DNA of 64,000 nucleotides from a phage. The stretch lies in sequence record PX915678.1; one strand, 5' to 3'. Positions 29,737 through 38,441 of this stretch are shown here, in pieces. A model generated the notes under the pieces. That model worked only from the letters and a program-made list of their open reading frames with translations, ran no database searches and had not been told where the DNA came from. How positions within the stretch are numbered: position 1 is the stretch's first letter; every line of letters starts with the position of its first letter. A program made the translations under genes and the position numbers.

Positions 29737-30264
29737 TTATGCGAGTACCGTCTTTAACCGTTCTTCAAACTTCCGAAGAGTATTTTGGCGTTCAGCTCTT
29801 TGCTTTTTGTAAGTTTCAATACGCTCTGAAATGAGAGTGTATCGTTCATTTACCGATTCTTTCATAAAATCAGGAATTTCACGAGAAGCTTTAATCTCGT
29901 CAAATTTATCAATAACAGCTTGCTCTTCAGCAATTAAGTTATCATACATTAAAATATCTTTCTTGATGAACTCAATATCTTCTTGAGTTACACGAGATAA
30001 TTTAGATGCTTTATCCTTTTTGTACTGTTCGTTAGTATCACGAGACCAGTGCAATGTACGATTTTTATTCGTATTTTTGTAAATTTCTACAATACCGATC
30101 TCATCAATAATAACGATCCAATTCCAACGGGATTTGTAAATTTGTCCTCCATCAACAGTGATTTCACCTCCGATTGAGATGTCGTTAAAGAACTTGCTTT
30201 GCGCTTCAGATTTAAATTTACCATCGTTGTAATTTACCAAGTTGAAAATATCTTTAGCGTTCAT
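29737..30264 (-). CDS. Hypothetical protein
   Basis: 175-aa ORF, first gene after early promoter at 30286; SD GGAGG. Confidence 0.55.
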   Translation of the reverse strand: MNAKDIFNLVNYNDGKFKSEAQSKFFNDISIGGEITVDGGQIYKSRWNWIVIIDEIGIVEIYKNTNKNRTLHWSRDTNEQYKKDKASKLSRVTQEDIEFIKKDILMYDNLIAEEQAVIDKFDEIKASREIPDFMKESVNERYTLISERIETYKKQRAERQNTLRKFEERLKTVLA

Positions 30265-30285
30265 TTTGTGTTCCTCCGTAGTTGA

Positions 30286-30324
30286 TAGTTGTATAGTACC
30301 ACAGAGGAACAGTCTTGTAAACCA
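30286..30324 (-). promoter_or_regulatory. T4 early promoter
   Basis: Minus strand GTTTACA, 17 nt, GGTACTATACAA. Confidence 0.7.
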
Positions 30325-30639
30325 CTAAAAGAAACTTCTTTCACAATTTTTTCCACTGAACCAGGCGCTCACTGCTTTCTTAGTCTCAGGAGCAGTGTTA
30401 TCCATAAACCATTCAAAGGCAGCCTTTTTATGATTCTGGAGGGCTTCTCGGGCTTTAATCTGCTCACGGTCTATTAACACTAACATATGAGCCTTTCTTG
30501 TCACCATGGGCTTCTTATGATTTTTTGAATACTCCCAGTCATTTGTCCATCGCATTGTCGTTGCGAACTGAAATACTGCTTCTTTAATTTTAGTTTCGTA
30601 AATTTCACGAGCCTTTGAGTATAACATCACTACCTCCAT
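30325..30639 (-). CDS. Hypothetical protein
   Basis: 104-aa ORF. Confidence 0.5.
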   Translation of the reverse strand: MEVVMLYSKAREIYETKIKEAVFQFATTMRWTNDWEYSKNHKKPMVTRKAHMLVLIDREQIKAREALQNHKKAAFEWFMDNTAPETKKAVSAWFSGKNCERSFF

Positions 30640-30728
30640 TCACCAGTTTAATTCTAGTCATCTTTTTAATGGCAGTCCATATAATCTATTTCTGAACTGC
30701 CTTTTTGTCGTAGAAGTCCTCTTATGAA

Positions 30729-31697
30729 TTATTTCAGAAGAGTAACCTCAGCGATTTCTTCCCAACCGTTTTTGTCGGTCATAATAAAGTCAGCAAGATA
30801 AAGAGCAGTACGCAGTGAAACATTGCGTAAACGATTAACATTAACTTTCATCCATGATAATGCTTTATAAGTTTCTTCATCAGAAAGACCGCGCTTTTGC
30901 ATCATGTCAGTTGAAAGAATAACATCTTCAACCCTGACCATAATTTCTTCATTAGTGTGAACACCCAAATCTAAATAAACTGAGCGGGACACTAATGCTT
31001 GTAAATGTGGAGCAAGTTTAGTACCACGGTCTAATTCGCGGTCAATGTCAACGTTTGTGATAAAAACAATCGTTCCTTTAAATTCAAACTCACGCTCAAT
31101 GCCTTTTTCTTCTAAGTAAGAAGACGCAGTGCTCCAGCAGACTTTACGGGTCTCTCCAGTGTCCAGAGCGGCTTTTAGAAGATTAAGAATGTCCATATCA
31201 GAGAAAACATCTACATCATCAATCAAAAGGACAGAATTCTCTTCACGATTATTCCAAAGCTGCTCATAAAGACCAATACCAGAGATTTTACCATTAATGC
31301 TTTTATATTCAATGTATCCAATATCATTTGCTTTATTTAAAGCTTTATCTAAAGAATACGTTTTACCAATACCTGCTGCGCCAGAGATAATTAATGAACG
31401 AATATTTCCGTTAATAATACCATTCGTCATCATTCCCATAACATTAAATCTTTTATTAATGCGGGTTTTCATATCTTCATATGATTCTTTAACTTCTTCA
31501 ACTTTTACACCATCATATGAAATATCTGATTTGTAAACCCAAACACCGCGACGTTTACCGTCAATTTCAACAAAAACTTTACCATCTCCTTGTGCATCTA
31601 CCGGAGCATTATCTGGGAACCATTCGCCTAAGAGCTCAAAAGTTCCAGAGATTTCTTTACCGAAGTAGATACCCTTATTAATAGTTACAGTTTTCAT
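30729..31697 (-). CDS. P-loop ATPase (AAA+-like)
   Basis: 322 aa from ATG at 31697 (SD GGAGAATAAA); Walker A SGAAGIGKTYS and Walker B VLLIDDVD. Confidence 0.6.
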   Translation of the reverse strand: MKTVTINKGIYFGKEISGTFELLGEWFPDNAPVDAQGDGKVFVEIDGKRRGVWVYKSDISYDGVKVEEVKESYEDMKTRINKRFNVMGMMTNGIINGNIRSLIISGAAGIGKTYSLDKALNKANDIGYIEYKSINGKISGIGLYEQLWNNREENSVLLIDDVDVFSDMDILNLLKAALDTGETRKVCWSTASSYLEEKGIEREFEFKGTIVFITNVDIDRELDRGTKLAPHLQALVSRSVYLDLGVHTNEEIMVRVEDVILSTDMMQKRGLSDEETYKALSWMKVNVNRLRNVSLRTALYLADFIMTDKNGWEEIAEVTLLK

Positions 31698-31726
31698 TTT
31701 ATTCTCCAAATCCGTATCAGTTGATA

Positions 31727-31763
31727 GTTGTATAGTACCATAAAGCTTTATGCTTGTAAACCG
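31727..31763 (-). promoter_or_regulatory. T4 early promoter
   Basis: Minus strand GTTTACA, 17 nt, GGTACTATACAA upstream of the ATPase gene. Confidence 0.7.
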
Positions 31764-31784
31764 TTTTGTGAAAAAATTTTGAAA

Positions 31785-31810
31785 TAAAAAAGGGAGCCCG
31801 AAGGCTCCCT
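31785..31810 (-). terminator. Intrinsic terminator
   Basis: Minus strand GGGAGCCUUCGGGCUCCC then UUUUUUAUUU, right after the stop of ORF 31812-32825. Confidence 0.75.
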
Positions 31811-31811
31811 A

Positions 31812-32825
31812 TCATTTATAATAACTTCGATGGTTTTCAAGATAAACCCTCTCAAGGAAGTCATCCCAGAAACCCATGTCTACTTTTTGCTGCATACCGT
31901 TCTTAGAAGCTTCAATGGATGCTGCTTCTACTTGATCGACCACATCTTCCAAAAACTCTTGAACAGTTTTAAATGGATGTTTACCCAACTTCACGTCGAG
32001 AATAAATGGAGCGTCTTGAAGTGGATAGACTAAGTCACCAGTTTTGTAAATTTCCAATAGTTGGAGTCCACCACGGCAAGCATGACTCAGAGCTTTCCAG
32101 TCAATGCCCTCATTCGCTTCAGCCTTACGAGCACGTTCGCCGTATTCAGCATCAAGTTTATTCAAAGATTGCTTAAGCTCGATAAGAGAAAGCGTTGTTT
32201 GATATTTACGACCCAACACAGTGTAGAACGTTTGTGGGCCTGTTTTCTCATGATTATGGAATACCCATTCGCAGAACTCGTTCTCTGGAAGACGATGCTT
32301 AATATCTTCAACTTTAGTTCGACGCTGCTTAATGGAACCGTCTTCTTGGTAATCAACCCATTGCTCAGGGATTTGATTAACTACTTTCAATACATCACGT
32401 AATGCGGCCAAACGAGAACCTTTAACACCGTATTTAGAAGCTTGCTTGCGAACATATCCTAAGTAGGATTTCATGTTGGTCGTATAAAAACGAGAACGGT
32501 TGTCTTGAATAAACTTCCATACATCAGGCAAATCAGATTTAACTACTAGTTCCGGTGGAGTGTGGAGCATATCCAATGCTACAGTTTCACCATCTGCTGC
32601 TAATTTAAAGAAATACTTAAGACTGTATAGTTCATGGTCAATATCATCTTTAGTGTTTTTAGATGATGTGTTGTTAGTGTTTTTACTCATATGCTCTTTA
32701 ACATTTCCAATAAGAATATCGCGAGCAGGAGGAACAAAGATTTCTTTAAAATCTACATCAGATTCTGGAGTAGAAGTTCCATAAAGATGACTACCAAAAT
32801 AGCTTTTCATTACTGTTTTCATCAT
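31812..32825 (-). CDS. Pol-beta-superfamily nucleotidyltransferase-fold protein
   Basis: 337-aa ORF; N-terminal GS-x9-SDVD signature (YFGSHLYGTSTPESDVDF) and a downstream acidic residue (VALDMLH). Confidence 0.55.
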   Translation of the reverse strand: MMKTVMKSYFGSHLYGTSTPESDVDFKEIFVPPARDILIGNVKEHMSKNTNNTSSKNTKDDIDHELYSLKYFFKLAADGETVALDMLHTPPELVVKSDLPDVWKFIQDNRSRFYTTNMKSYLGYVRKQASKYGVKGSRLAALRDVLKVVNQIPEQWVDYQEDGSIKQRRTKVEDIKHRLPENEFCEWVFHNHEKTGPQTFYTVLGRKYQTTLSLIELKQSLNKLDAEYGERARKAEANEGIDWKALSHACRGGLQLLEIYKTGDLVYPLQDAPFILDVKLGKHPFKTVQEFLEDVVDQVEAASIEASKNGMQQKVDMGFWDDFLERVYLENHRSYYK

Positions 32826-33283
32826 TCAGCCTTATATTCAATAACAGGACATACTTTAGCTTTACGCGCTTTTAAAAATTCGACGATAATAGATTTCTTG
32901 GGTTGAATAGGAGGTAAACCTTTATACGCCCTATCAATATTTTCTACATGTAAAGCATAATCCTTTTTCCATTTATAATCTTTATATTTTTCATGCAGTT
33001 GTGCAGGAATAACAAATGAACCAATAATAAGTAAAACAAGCAAAATGGCAAGTATAAATGCTGATGGAATAAGAGTCCATAAACTACCAAAAATAAGCCA
33101 TTTCTGCATGATTTCCGCACAGATAATAGTTAGACCTGCGAGTATAGTACATCCGAAAAAAGAAACGAAAAATGTAGGGATAACAATAGACCAAAAGTAT
33201 GCACACAGTGTCTTAGGTCGTTTCCATTCATCATTAAACAGTTTGAATAATTTATAGTGCCAAGAGTTTTCATTAATAATCAT
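32822..33283 (-). CDS. Integral membrane protein
   Basis: 153-aa ORF with about three hydrophobic helices. Confidence 0.5.
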   Translation of the reverse strand: MIINENSWHYKLFKLFNDEWKRPKTLCAYFWSIVIPTFFVSFFGCTILAGLTIICAEIMQKWLIFGSLWTLIPSAFILAILLVLLIIGSFVIPAQLHEKYKDYKWKKDYALHVENIDRAYKGLPPIQPKKSIIVEFLKARKAKVCPVIEYKAE

Positions 33284-33285
33284 AA

Positions 33286-33807
33286 TTATCCTTTCATTGA
33301 AGGTGTAACAGTTGTTAAATACTTAATCATAGCTTCAGCTTCTGATTTTGATAATGAAATTTCTCCATTGTTTTGACGAATAGAAATAAAATCCGGATGA
33401 CGGTCACCACCAGCTTTTAAAATACACATATAAGTATCAGTTTCATCTTCAATATCTGAAATAATTGAAGCAGTTCCACATGAATGTGGTTTTTGATAAA
33501 TCAATGCAGCTTTTCTTCCACCGTTTGACTGTTCATAAACTTTTAACACATCAAACAAATCGCTTCTTTTATCAATAGCTAAGATGTTGTTTTCATCTTC
33601 AATGTTAAATCCTTCGGATACTTCATAAAGTGTCACCCATAAATCACCTATATCGATAGTAGCATTTCCTTTTCCACGACTTTCAAGAATATGACAAATT
33701 TTCTTGATTTCGTCATAACTCATTTTAATAATATCATCTCCTTGAATAAGGAAGATGTCATTTTTAAATTCAACGCGAATTAAACCACTTCCACTTGAAA
33801 TAAACAT
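33286..33807 (-). CDS. Hypothetical protein (paralog pair with 33814-34368)
   Basis: 173-aa ORF; C-terminus SKSEAEAMIKYLTTVTPSM resembles the neighbour's TKDEAIALKTYLDSVIPTM. Confidence 0.5.
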   Translation of the reverse strand: MFISSGSGLIRVEFKNDIFLIQGDDIIKMSYDEIKKICHILESRGKGNATIDIGDLWVTLYEVSEGFNIEDENNILAIDKRSDLFDVLKVYEQSNGGRKAALIYQKPHSCGTASIISDIEDETDTYMCILKAGGDRHPDFISIRQNNGEISLSKSEAEAMIKYLTTVTPSMKG

Positions 33808-33813
33808 ATTTCC

Positions 33814-34368
33814 TCACTTTGAAATCATAGTTGGAATGACAGAATCAAGATAAGTCTTTAGCGCAATAGCTTCGTCTTTGGTAAATGTGACAATATGCGA
33901 TCGAAAATCATCAATTTGACGAATAGTTAAGACATCTCCATCTTCATAACATTTTGATACGTTTAAAACAGTTTCATCATTCTGATTGCAAGCGTTAGTA
34001 ATAATAGCATTGCAATTTTTAAACCATTTTAAACTATGTTTTCTTTCATTAGAATAATAAAAATATTTAATCTTATCTATAAAACTGTCCCAATGAATAA
34101 CTGATAAACATATTGACTCGCTTTCAATATTAAATCCTGGGCATGAAGAATAAAAATGAATTTTATGCTCATCATTAATGCTTACAATTTTATCAGTATA
34201 AGGATTTTCAATTTGGGTTAAATGAATGATTTCACTAGGCGTAAAATACATCATATCATCTTCTTGCGTCAAACGATACATATTATTTACTTTTTCTATA
34301 GCTAATTCACCAAAAAGTGAACTAACTTCTAGTACTAATCGTTTCATATTAATCCTTTTTATTGGCAT
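33814..34368 (-). CDS. Hypothetical protein (paralog pair with 33286-33807)
   Basis: 184-aa ORF; shared C-terminal motif. Confidence 0.5.
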   Translation of the reverse strand: MPIKRINMKRLVLEVSSLFGELAIEKVNNMYRLTQEDDMMYFTPSEIIHLTQIENPYTDKIVSINDEHKIHFYSSCPGFNIESESICLSVIHWDSFIDKIKYFYYSNERKHSLKWFKNCNAIITNACNQNDETVLNVSKCYEDGDVLTIRQIDDFRSHIVTFTKDEAIALKTYLDSVIPTMISK

Positions 34369-34615
34369 GAATTTGTTTTAAAATTTTAGAGTATTCCTTT
34401 GTATCAGATTTACGTACAATCGATACACTATAAGGCATACTATCGGTGTCTTTTATAAAACGTTCCAAATGACACTCTAACAAAATTTCTGGGTTATAAA
34501 TCGTGTACATCAAATTACCTGTTGCTCCACGATATTGACAGATTTCTACTGATTGAGCGTCATTCCACAATTTTGTTAAGACTAAATCACCTACTTCTAA
34601 TTTCGGAAAGCTCAC
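34349..34615 (-). CDS. Hypothetical protein with no ATG start (possible GTG reinitiation after leader peptide)
   Basis: Track ORF begins at TTG right after an in-frame stop; first plausible start is GTG 34613-34615 within TAAUGUG of the upstream 19-codon ORF. Confidence 0.3.
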   Translation of the reverse strand: MSFPKLEVGDLVLTKLWNDAQSVEICQYRGATGNLMYTIYNPEILLECHLERFIKDTDSMPYSVSIVRKSDTKEYSKILKQIHANKKD

Positions 34616-34804
34616 ATTATTCACCAATTAAAGTTTCAATTAATTCTCTTAACTTAAAAGCTTGTTCACTTGTCATTACATACTCCTTTGAATAATATCA
34701 ATAATATTGTTCACCAGATTATAAGTAAACATTGGGTAATTATATTGAATCATCACATACACAACAAACAAAACTTTCATTCTCTTCTCCTTGGCAGTTG
34801 ACAA

Positions 34805-34840
34805 GATTACTATATCATAACCTTGCCAACTTGTAAACCA
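34805..34840 (-). promoter_or_regulatory. T4 early promoter
   Basis: Minus strand GGTTTACA, 17 nt, TGATATAGTAA. Confidence 0.6.
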
Positions 34841-35014
34841 TTAAATGACGTTTTCAATAAAATTCTGAAGCTTTGTGTGAGCATCAACCATAATTTTCAT
34901 TTCTTCCTTTGCGAAAGCTGTACCTCTTTCTCGAGCAGAATACTCATAGTCAGAAACTGCATTAGCATATTCTTCAATTAGCTTCATTAAAAACATCTGC
35001 TTTTCAGTTTTCAT
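34841..35014 (-). CDS. Hypothetical 57-aa protein (below track threshold)
   Basis: SD AGGTGGAATA before ATG; overlaps the upstream stop by 11 nt. Confidence 0.45.
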   Translation of the reverse strand: MKTEKQMFLMKLIEEYANAVSDYEYSARERGTAFAKEEMKIMVDAHTKLQNFIENVI

Positions 35015-35198
35015 TATTCCACCTAATCATTTCAAGATATTGAACTAACTTAGCTTTGGATTTATCCAAATCCTTTTTAGCTGCTTCTATACCATCGTAT
35101 GAGTATCCTTCACAATGCTCAACTGCCAATTGGTATGAATCTATTTCAATATCACGTGCTAATTTAATGATTTTTTCAAACTGTTCACGTGTTAGCAT
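35004..35198 (-). CDS. Hypothetical protein
   Basis: 64-aa ORF. Confidence 0.5.
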   Translation of the reverse strand: MLTREQFEKIIKLARDIEIDSYQLAVEHCEGYSYDGIEAAKKDLDKSKAKLVQYLEMIRWNNEN

Positions 35199-35200
35199 AC

Positions 35201-35404
35201 TTAAACTCTCGTATTATGATCGATAATTTCATCAAGAAACATATCTAAAGCTTCTACAGCATTATCAACTTTAGCTTCAAATTTTTCAATACCTTTATTT
35301 GCAATGCCTGACGAAAACCAGGCAAAGTCACTAAGTTCCTCATCTGCTTTGCGAATTAAAGCTACCAATTCTTTAATTTTATCTGCTTGTTCAATGCTAA
35401 TCAT
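35201..35404 (-). CDS. Hypothetical protein
   Basis: 67 aa from ATG 35402-35404 (TAATG overlap); track ORF extends to 35440. Confidence 0.45.
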   Translation of the reverse strand: MISIEQADKIKELVALIRKADEELSDFAWFSSGIANKGIEKFEAKVDNAVEALDMFLDEIIDHNTRV

Positions 35405-35591
35405 TATTCCACCACATATGAAAGAGAGAATATTGCACACGCCATGTGAGTTGCAGCTTCATCACACATATCATAACGTTTCTTAAGAAGTTCTACAAGT
35501 TCTTCACTAGTAACTTCATCCATGTCGACGAAAAAATCACCATTAATGATGACGTAGATATTTCCTTCTTGATTGAGTGCTTCAATTTTCA
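35404..35591 (-). CDS. Hypothetical acidic protein
   Basis: 62 aa from ATG at 35591 (SD AGGAG); first gene after early promoter at 35612. Confidence 0.5.
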
Positions 35592-35611
35592 TGATGTTCT
35601 CCTCTTTATCC

Positions 35612-35652
35612 GATAGTTGTATAGTATCACAGCACAAATGGAAAGTAAACCG
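35612..35652 (-). promoter_or_regulatory. T4 early promoter
   Basis: Minus strand GTTTAC, 17 nt, GTGATACTATACAA. Confidence 0.65.
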
Positions 35653-35659
35653 GTAAAAT

Positions 35660-35684
35660 GAAAAAAGTCTCCCGAAGGAGACTA
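35660..35684 (-). terminator. Intrinsic terminator
   Basis: Minus strand AGUCUCCUUCGGGAGACU then UUUUUUC, just after the stop of ORF 35688-36074. Confidence 0.75.
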
Positions 35685-35687
35685 ATG

Positions 35688-36074
35688 TTATTCGAGGGAA
35701 AGAAGATATTTACTCTGGTAAAACATCCCAGTAATATCATCTATCGTGCTTTGAATGGCTGGAGGCATTTCTTTATAAATGCTGTTAGATTGGTCTAGTA
35801 TGTGATCAATCATTTTAATTGTGTCAGTAGGAAGTTTACTGGCATCTGGAATAGAAGGCGTGTATTTTCTACCAGAATACCCCAAATATTGCTCACCAAA
35901 TTTATCAATCAAATCTGGCAACTCAGAGAAAATAAAATCGTATGCTTTGTGTCTAGCATAACTTTTAGTTTCAAAATGTGCAGAATGAAAATAAGCTTGT
36001 GCAGCCATTAATAAACCTAAGTATTCATCTGCCTTTGAAGGTTTTCCACTTTGTGAAAAGTCGCTGAATTTCAT
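35688..36074 (-). CDS. Hypothetical protein upstream of rI (T4 rI.-1 position)
   Basis: 128-aa ORF. Confidence 0.5.
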   Translation of the reverse strand: MKFSDFSQSGKPSKADEYLGLLMAAQAYFHSAHFETKSYARHKAYDFIFSELPDLIDKFGEQYLGYSGRKYTPSIPDASKLPTDTIKMIDHILDQSNSIYKEMPPAIQSTIDDITGMFYQSKYLLSLE

Positions 36075-36364
36075 TCAGTCTCCAATTTAATGTTCATAAT
36101 TCTAGCGTATGATTGTGCCATCTCCGCGCCTCGCTCTATACATTCAAAATCGGAAGAGCACGGGTCATTTTTATAAGTCGTTCGCATAAAACTATAGAAC
36201 TGTTCAGATGATTCTACGCTTTTATTTTCAAAAAGCATATAAACATGTCTAATACCAGATTCCATAAATTTATCAAAATGAGGATCGACATTCGCTTCAA
36301 TCGGTGGAGATAAAACAAACGCTAATCCTAGCATGGCAAATAGTGCCGTTGCTTTTAAGGCCAT
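36071..36364 (-). CDS. rI: Lysis inhibition regulator rI (periplasmic antiholin)
   Basis: 97-aa ORF with signal-anchor MALKATALFAMLGLAFVL; matches T4 RI as recalled. Confidence 0.8.
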   Translation of the reverse strand: MALKATALFAMLGLAFVLSPPIEANVDPHFDKFMESGIRHVYMLFENKSVESSEQFYSFMRTTYKNDPCSSDFECIERGAEMAQSYARIMNIKLETE

Positions 36365-36376
36365 AAAGGCCTCCTA

Positions 36377-36589
36377 TCATTTTTGTCCTGTATTTACTTT
36401 ATGCCGATGCACGGCCTTAACTTTATCAAGGTATTTTTCAAAATTTCGCAATCTAGTATAGTCTGCCGGAGATTGGTTGAGTGATACTTCTCGACGCAAA
36501 GCTGAAATGATATTTCCAACTTCCCTACGAATTTCATCTAATTGAAGAACAGTAAGATTGCGAAGTTGCTTTTCAGTTAATTGTAGCAT
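36377..36589 (-). CDS. Hypothetical protein (rI.1 position)
   Basis: 70-aa ORF between tk and rI. Confidence 0.5.
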
Positions 36590-36631
36590 ATATACCCCTT
36601 TAGTTAGATAAACCTATTTATAACTTTTGCA

Positions 36632-37213
36632 CTAACCGAGCTTTTTAGTTAATTCATTCCAGTGTTTTCTACACAAAGAAACATAAATTTCATCACCAAT
36701 ACAGATTTGATTACCTTCTTTAACTGGTGTTCCATCTTCCATTAATCGAGCTGTCATAATCGCTTTTTTACCACAATGACAAACTGCTTTTAGTTCAATA
36801 AGTTTATCTGCAATCGCCAAAAGTTCTTTAGAACCTTCAAATAATTTTCCAGCGAAATCAGTCCTTAGACCATAAGCCATAACAGGAACATTATATGTAT
36901 CAACAATTCGGCTTAATTGATGCACCTGTTCAGTTTTTAAAAACTGAGCTTCATCTACAAATACACAATGAATATCTTTTTGTGCTTCAGCCCATTTATA
37001 GAACTCAAAAATATCCATATCATCCGTAATAATATTCGCTTCCTGTTTAATTCCAATGCGAGAAACGACTTCACAGACAGAATCGCGAGTATCAATAGCA
37101 GGCTTAAGAACTAATACACTCATTCCACGTTCTTTATAATTATGCGCAGCAGTCAAAAGAGAAGCAGATTTTCCAGCATTCATTGCTGCATAAGTAAAAA
37201 TTAAACTCGCCAT
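36632..37213 (-). CDS. tk: Thymidine kinase
   Basis: 193-aa ORF; P-loop AAMNAGKS; C-terminal zinc Cys pairs; T4 Tk length. Confidence 0.92.
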   Translation of the reverse strand: MASLIFTYAAMNAGKSASLLTAAHNYKERGMSVLVLKPAIDTRDSVCEVVSRIGIKQEANIITDDMDIFEFYKWAEAQKDIHCVFVDEAQFLKTEQVHQLSRIVDTYNVPVMAYGLRTDFAGKLFEGSKELLAIADKLIELKAVCHCGKKAIMTARLMEDGTPVKEGNQICIGDEIYVSLCRKHWNELTKKLG

Positions 37214-37222
37214 ATCACCTTC

Positions 37223-37408
37223 TTAAAGCGTATTCACATAAGCTATTAATTCATTTTCTTTCTTATCAAACCGATCAGCAAATTCTTCCTGCTGTTCGGG
37301 AGATAGCGGGCCGTATTCATCATAAAAGGTGTTTGCTTCTGTATGCTCATCTAGAAGTTCATGGATAAGCTCAAACAATTTATCTTTTTGTTCTTTACTC
37401 AGACTCAT
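37223..37408 (-). CDS. Hypothetical acidic protein
   Basis: 61-aa ORF. Confidence 0.5.
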   Translation of the reverse strand: MSLSKEQKDKLFELIHELLDEHTEANTFYDEYGPLSPEQQEEFADRFDKKENELIAYVNTL

Positions 37409-37578
37409 ATATTAATTTCCAGGAGTTTTAAAATAATTCGCTTTTGCTTAAATATTTCCACAGTTAAATGATCAGTATCTTTTTGACCGATTCCAATGGC
37501 AAAACCTTTATTAACAGCGAGTTCAATTAAATTATCAAGTTCACGTAACACTTCATATTGTAGCTCAGAACTATTCAT
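37405..37578 (-). CDS. Hypothetical 57-aa protein (below track threshold)
   Basis: SD GAAGG before ATG 37576-37578; ATGA overlaps at both ends. Confidence 0.45.
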   Translation of the reverse strand: MNSSELQYEVLRELDNLIELAVNKGFAIGIGQKDTDHLTVEIFKQKRIILKLLEINI

Positions 37579-37802
37579 TTCGGTTTACCTTCTTTAACGA
37601 AATCAGGATAAGGATAAAATCCTGAATAAAATCCTTCACCTTTGTGATTGGTGCATCCTTTATTAGAACAATAGCACCAATAATCGAAATCACAAGTCAT
37701 TTCATCATTACATAAAGCAAAAACAACTGGCCATTCACACTTTTCGCAGTGGGCATTTTTAAGAATACTAGTTTGGCTCATAACCATGTAACCTTTAAGC
37801 AA
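37575..37802 (-). CDS. Cys-rich small protein (likely zinc-binding)
   Basis: 75-aa ORF with 9 Cys (CEKCEW...CNDEMTCDFDYWCYCSNKGC). Confidence 0.5.
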   Translation of the reverse strand: MLKGYMVMSQTSILKNAHCEKCEWPVVFALCNDEMTCDFDYWCYCSNKGCTNHKGEGFYSGFYPYPDFVKEGKPK

Positions 37803-37990
37803 TATTCTTCTACGTGCTGTTTACGACCTTTCTTATCAATAAAGGTATATTCAACGAATGTTCCAATATAGTCTTTATCTACATCATGCGGACTATTAAT
37901 TGGGCATTTAGTACGGCAAATGCGTTCCCATTGACGAATAATTTCCACTTTGTTTTTAGGATCAAACGGATGCGGGTAATGTACTTTCAT
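37778..37990 (-). CDS. Hypothetical protein
   Basis: 70-aa ORF with Cys/His pairs. Confidence 0.45.
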   Translation of the reverse strand: MKVHYPHPFDPKNKVEIIRQWERICRTKCPINSPHDVDKDYIGTFVEYTFIDKKGRKQHVEEYCLKVTWL

Positions 37991-38441
37991 AATCCACCAC
38001 TATTAAATCAATATCAAGAGTAAACATGTCGATTAATTTAGAAACCTTATCCCAATCACCACCAGCAATACCGCAACCTATGCGTGGAATGTAAATTACT
38101 GGTTTAAACAAAAGGGTTTCTGCCTGTAGATTTAATTCTATCATGCAGTTTACTAAAGCACCATAATCAAGATTAGGACCCGGTTCATATTGCGTATACA
38201 GGTTATAGCATATACCAAATCCTGTAGGATTATGTTTAAAAACAATAGACATATCGCCTAATTTATCACGAGAACCGTACTCGGTAGTGGTTTTATCTAT
38301 TTCTAAAATTTTGGGATAGGCTCTTGCTAATTGACCTGCTACGCCAGAGCCCATTGTGTGGAAGCAATTACACCCGTGCGCAATAATATTACCTTGAAGA
38401 AATAGGGCGACAATATCGCCCTTGATATATTTTACAATCAT
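37962..38441 (-). CDS. Macro-domain protein (ADP-ribose binding or hydrolysing fold)
   Basis: 159-aa ORF; macro signatures GDIVAL...HGCNCFHTMGSGVAGQL and IGCGIAGGDW. Confidence 0.65.
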   Translation of the reverse strand: MIVKYIKGDIVALFLQGNIIAHGCNCFHTMGSGVAGQLARAYPKILEIDKTTTEYGSRDKLGDMSIVFKHNPTGFGICYNLYTQYEPGPNLDYGALVNCMIELNLQAETLLFKPVIYIPRIGCGIAGGDWDKVSKLIDMFTLDIDLIVVDYESTLPASV

